Shown: one piece after another, positions 37,001-37,344 of the stretch | Position numbering within the stretch: the stretch's first letter is position 1 | Layout of the letters: every line of letters begins with the position of its first letter | IMG/VR virus record: IMGVR_UViG_3300029305_001437 | From: an uncultured virus (IMG/VR IMGVR_UViG_3300029305_001437) | Lineage: Duplodnaviria > Heunggongvirae > Uroviricota > Caudoviricetes | Direction: 5' to 3' (one strand) | Length of the DNA: 37,344 bases | Position numbers and translations under genes: made by a program | The notes under the pieces: generated by a model | The model's input: the letters and a program-made list of their open reading frames with translations, nothing else | What the model was told of the DNA's origin: nothing | Databases searched by the model: none

Positions 37001-37254
37001 CGACCGGCACAGATCCTACGACAGACAGCACGGTCACCGTCAACGAAGGCGATCTTTGGATTGACACTGCCAATAACAGCATTGGTAAGTTAAGAGTGAA
37101 CGGGGCTTGGCTTTCTGCGAACTCCTTCTGGTTGCGTGGTGCCTCGGTCACTGGCTCGACGGGCTTTGGCATTGTGGGCAGCTACGGCTTTGTGCACGGC
37201 AGCGGCGGCAGCGCCGCGGCCTCGTATGGCCTGTGCCCCCGCTTCTCTATCTAA
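31075..37254 (+). CDS. giant multidomain tail adhesin/receptor-binding protein (Ig-like, LamG-like, CotH-like, LRR, InlB-B-like repeats, C-terminal CLec/DUF6273-like DGR target), 2059 aa
   Basis: Follows the tail fibre. LRR-like LETIDIRNCPNL and LRSLRVENCPTI; repeats YLVTFKNWDG...YDGWD and YTVRW...FKGW; C-terminal WLPS..E...FWLRG...YGLCPRFSI. Confidence 0.85.
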   Translation: MATQKITEKQQTESLHEEASVLVTQKETIEGVQRESVRRATLAAVVAALRSKGINEGYQTTEGIELMYPNLVKSIDTIETGIRVTFWDETSMDIPIESGGLAFDEVSYNQETGYLHITLEGEDVVAPCYIGGGGGGSTSGTVVKVENLTGWAATTVAHGEEVVITFSYYDYDSGGDFTNSSGTLELSVNGNVVVQKNIEQGTHPIDVGPYLSAGTNKIKVKITDEDDMYGMKTWTVNAVALSISSTFDDTAVYEGDAVFRYTPIGANIVKTVHFEVDGNPLPSATVTASNRQQTYTIPAQAHGSHSLKVYVTAEVEGVNVTSNELVYDVIWAEEGNDTPIIACSFHATVKQFSTVLIPYIVYSPSSLTSAISLYVDGEWVSNLTVDRTVQNWSYKPTEAGLRTLKIVCTQGEGDDRIVVEKEIPITVEDIGITVEPITTGLVMDLNPEGRTNNDDNRTEFGYTDGEGVNHPLTFSEKFDWVNGGFQVDENGSTYFCVKCGTRAYLDRSLFDTNIITGGKEIKLVFRATKCRDYDAEVVSCMTDGIGLKLQAQKATLKSLQTTLEVPYCEDNLIEMDINIEPISKDRVMMIWLEGVPSKVEIYPTENEDFTQDTPVPLVIGSDDCDVHIYRLKVYDNDLTQYEIHENWIADAPSAEEMVNRYNRNNIYDQNGDIDIQKLIAANPNLRVLEITAPKMTTGKEDEITCTVKHTYGAGGKAHKFVGEGVIMKAQGTSSMQYGTAAYNLDLEFPNGFTFDDGTTIGYYSMTDKSIGVNYFNIKLNVASSENANNVIMAAEYNDFQPYINPARAANPKVRDTVEGQPCVVFFTNSSEETIQVGALTVEPGQTIMYGCGDMNNSKKNFAVFGQQDNPLQSCVEILNNTNNGCLWKTDDLSTETWDGEGSFEFRYPKKPTAEHKAAFQRVLSWVVSTDRTAATGEDLPEAVTYNGVTYDKDTAEYRGAKFVAELEDYFIKDSVLYHYLFTERHSMVDNRAKNVFVSTDDGIHWDFTKDYDNDTADGNDNEGGLTLTYGLEDTDTIGTKDVFNASQSVIWCNVRDLMFDDLQTLYKNLETKGAWSATRILARYNAYQGARPEALVIEDMWKKYIKPYTNLGDSGYLEMLYGTKYDQRQQFEVYQEKYISSKYLGSIATSDTITFRAYTPANWGGVAPSDQITITTYADMYINLKSGSGLARERAKRGVPVTLTCPIDTLNDTEIYAYNASNIADVGDLAPLYVGYFNIASAIKLRHLKLGDAAAGYNNTNTTTIGVGNNVLLETIDIRNCPNLRASLVLTGCDALVSLEAECNNYVPENAEDVPGITGVAFAPGGKIQTAHLPYVTAFSARELKSLTDLTFTSLSKLRSLRVENCPTISALDLIEATMPQAEGDVGLTRARILGVEWYLPDTSVLDYLVGLKGMDENGYNSDQSVVTGYAYVPTMRESQRQEYSAAWTDLELDYANFIQQYLVTFKNWDGTVLHTVYVDQGENAPDPVVNEIIPEPTRPSTQSTDYAYDGWDTSLDVILAAREITAVYAESVRQYTVRWLADLGIVLETQTVGYGSEAIYQGDIPTKTGEESARTYHLFKGWRQSTGYITGDLDVWADWESGSQPSGIVDTQTLNAAQYYGLCQAGEAQNYLSLKDRVKIQFGFDPQYVNIPFTDLIEEPLELDGATCIDTELQPFKEGIEKGWTLVVDCKFDDTTADQTMVCCMQESGYMGFKVKYNGGPSVQWSTNSYNSGATTYREIMVLRHQPGSKDITVYSSKAYDTVIGTKLLTKTIDTLTNAKLYIGATVTDGGSIGNFAKGTLYSLRFWEADLGDADCRQIVSWPRGVYTFEVGGFQNYTLSANSVQKTSVDFICASLLERTKQMNTTNSNAGGFDDMPLFSWMQTRLYNAFPIVWRNFMKQSVIKFNCYVNGTDSQIEETDAYVWLPSYTEMQGGTAEPWIYEGNWVEFFVNNTTRIKFRGHCLARSEDGGYQTFTTGTDPTTDSTVTVNEGDLWIDTANNSIGKLRVNGAWLSANSFWLRGASVTGSTGFGIVGSYGFVHGSGGSAAASYGLCPRFSI
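37117..37251 (+). mobile_element. putative DGR variable repeat (VR) at the 3' end of the adhesin gene
   Basis: WLR..S...F..V...G......A...G..P.F scaffold; the intervening codons are nearly all NNC/NNT (GGC, AGC, TAC, CAC, GCC, TAT), as expected from A-to-N mutagenesis of AAC/AAT template codons. Confidence 0.75.
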
Positions 37255-37280
37255 AAGGCGTCAGCCGCAATCCGTCAAAA

Positions 37281-37305
37281 TCTGCCCCGCATTAGTCGGG
37301 GCAGA
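37281..37305. promoter_or_regulatory. GC-rich hairpin downstream of the VR (candidate DGR homing cruciform)
   Basis: TCTGCCCCG-CATTAGT-CGGGGCAGA, 26 nt after the stop codon, with no U-tract. Confidence 0.65.
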
Positions 37306-37331
37306 AATAACCTACGAAAGGGTTTTCGCAA

Positions 37332-37344
37332 ATGTCAGTACATA
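37332..37344 (+). CDS. start of the next gene (MSVH...), possibly a DGR accessory (Avd-like) protein
   Basis: AAAGGG RBS then ATG TCA GTA CAT. Only 4 codons are visible, so the identity rests on position and the MSV start. Confidence 0.35.

Overview
About 37 kb of a tailed dsDNA (pro)phage with contractile-tail (myovirus-type) morphogenesis genes. All credible genes are on the + strand, and the GGAGG ribosome-binding sites and sigma-A-type promoters suggest a Bacillota/Clostridia host (inference). Gene order: small early/accessory ORFs; a self-contained DUF4160/DUF2442 toxin-antitoxin-like cassette; a six-gene operon upstream of the terminase (ParB-like protein, DegT-family sugar aminotransferase, FnlA/CapE-type UDP-GlcNAc 4,6-dehydratase, PIG-L deacetylase, WbqC protein, TAGT/GREB1-like glycosyltransferase); a stand-alone RarA/MgsA-C-like gene; TerS and TerL; a portal fused to a Nudix domain; an atypical tRNA-Gly(TCC); MuF; protease/scaffold; cement; major capsid; neck; sheath; tube; a chaperone with a -1 frameshift; tape measure; baseplate; tail fibre; and a 2059-aa adhesin ending in an apparent DGR variable repeat. 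The best candidate for a new system is a packaging-linked pathway that builds a glycyl-amino-deoxysugar and transfers it, probably onto phage DNA, possibly using the phage tRNA-Gly as glycyl donor. Other highlights are a 5-bp frame-breaking insertion at the start of TerL, a CotH-kinase-like domain in the adhesin, an ori-like iteron array inside the baseplate operon, and near-total GCGC/CGCG avoidance except in the DGR VR. All family assignments come from motif recognition and synteny by eye, with no database search.
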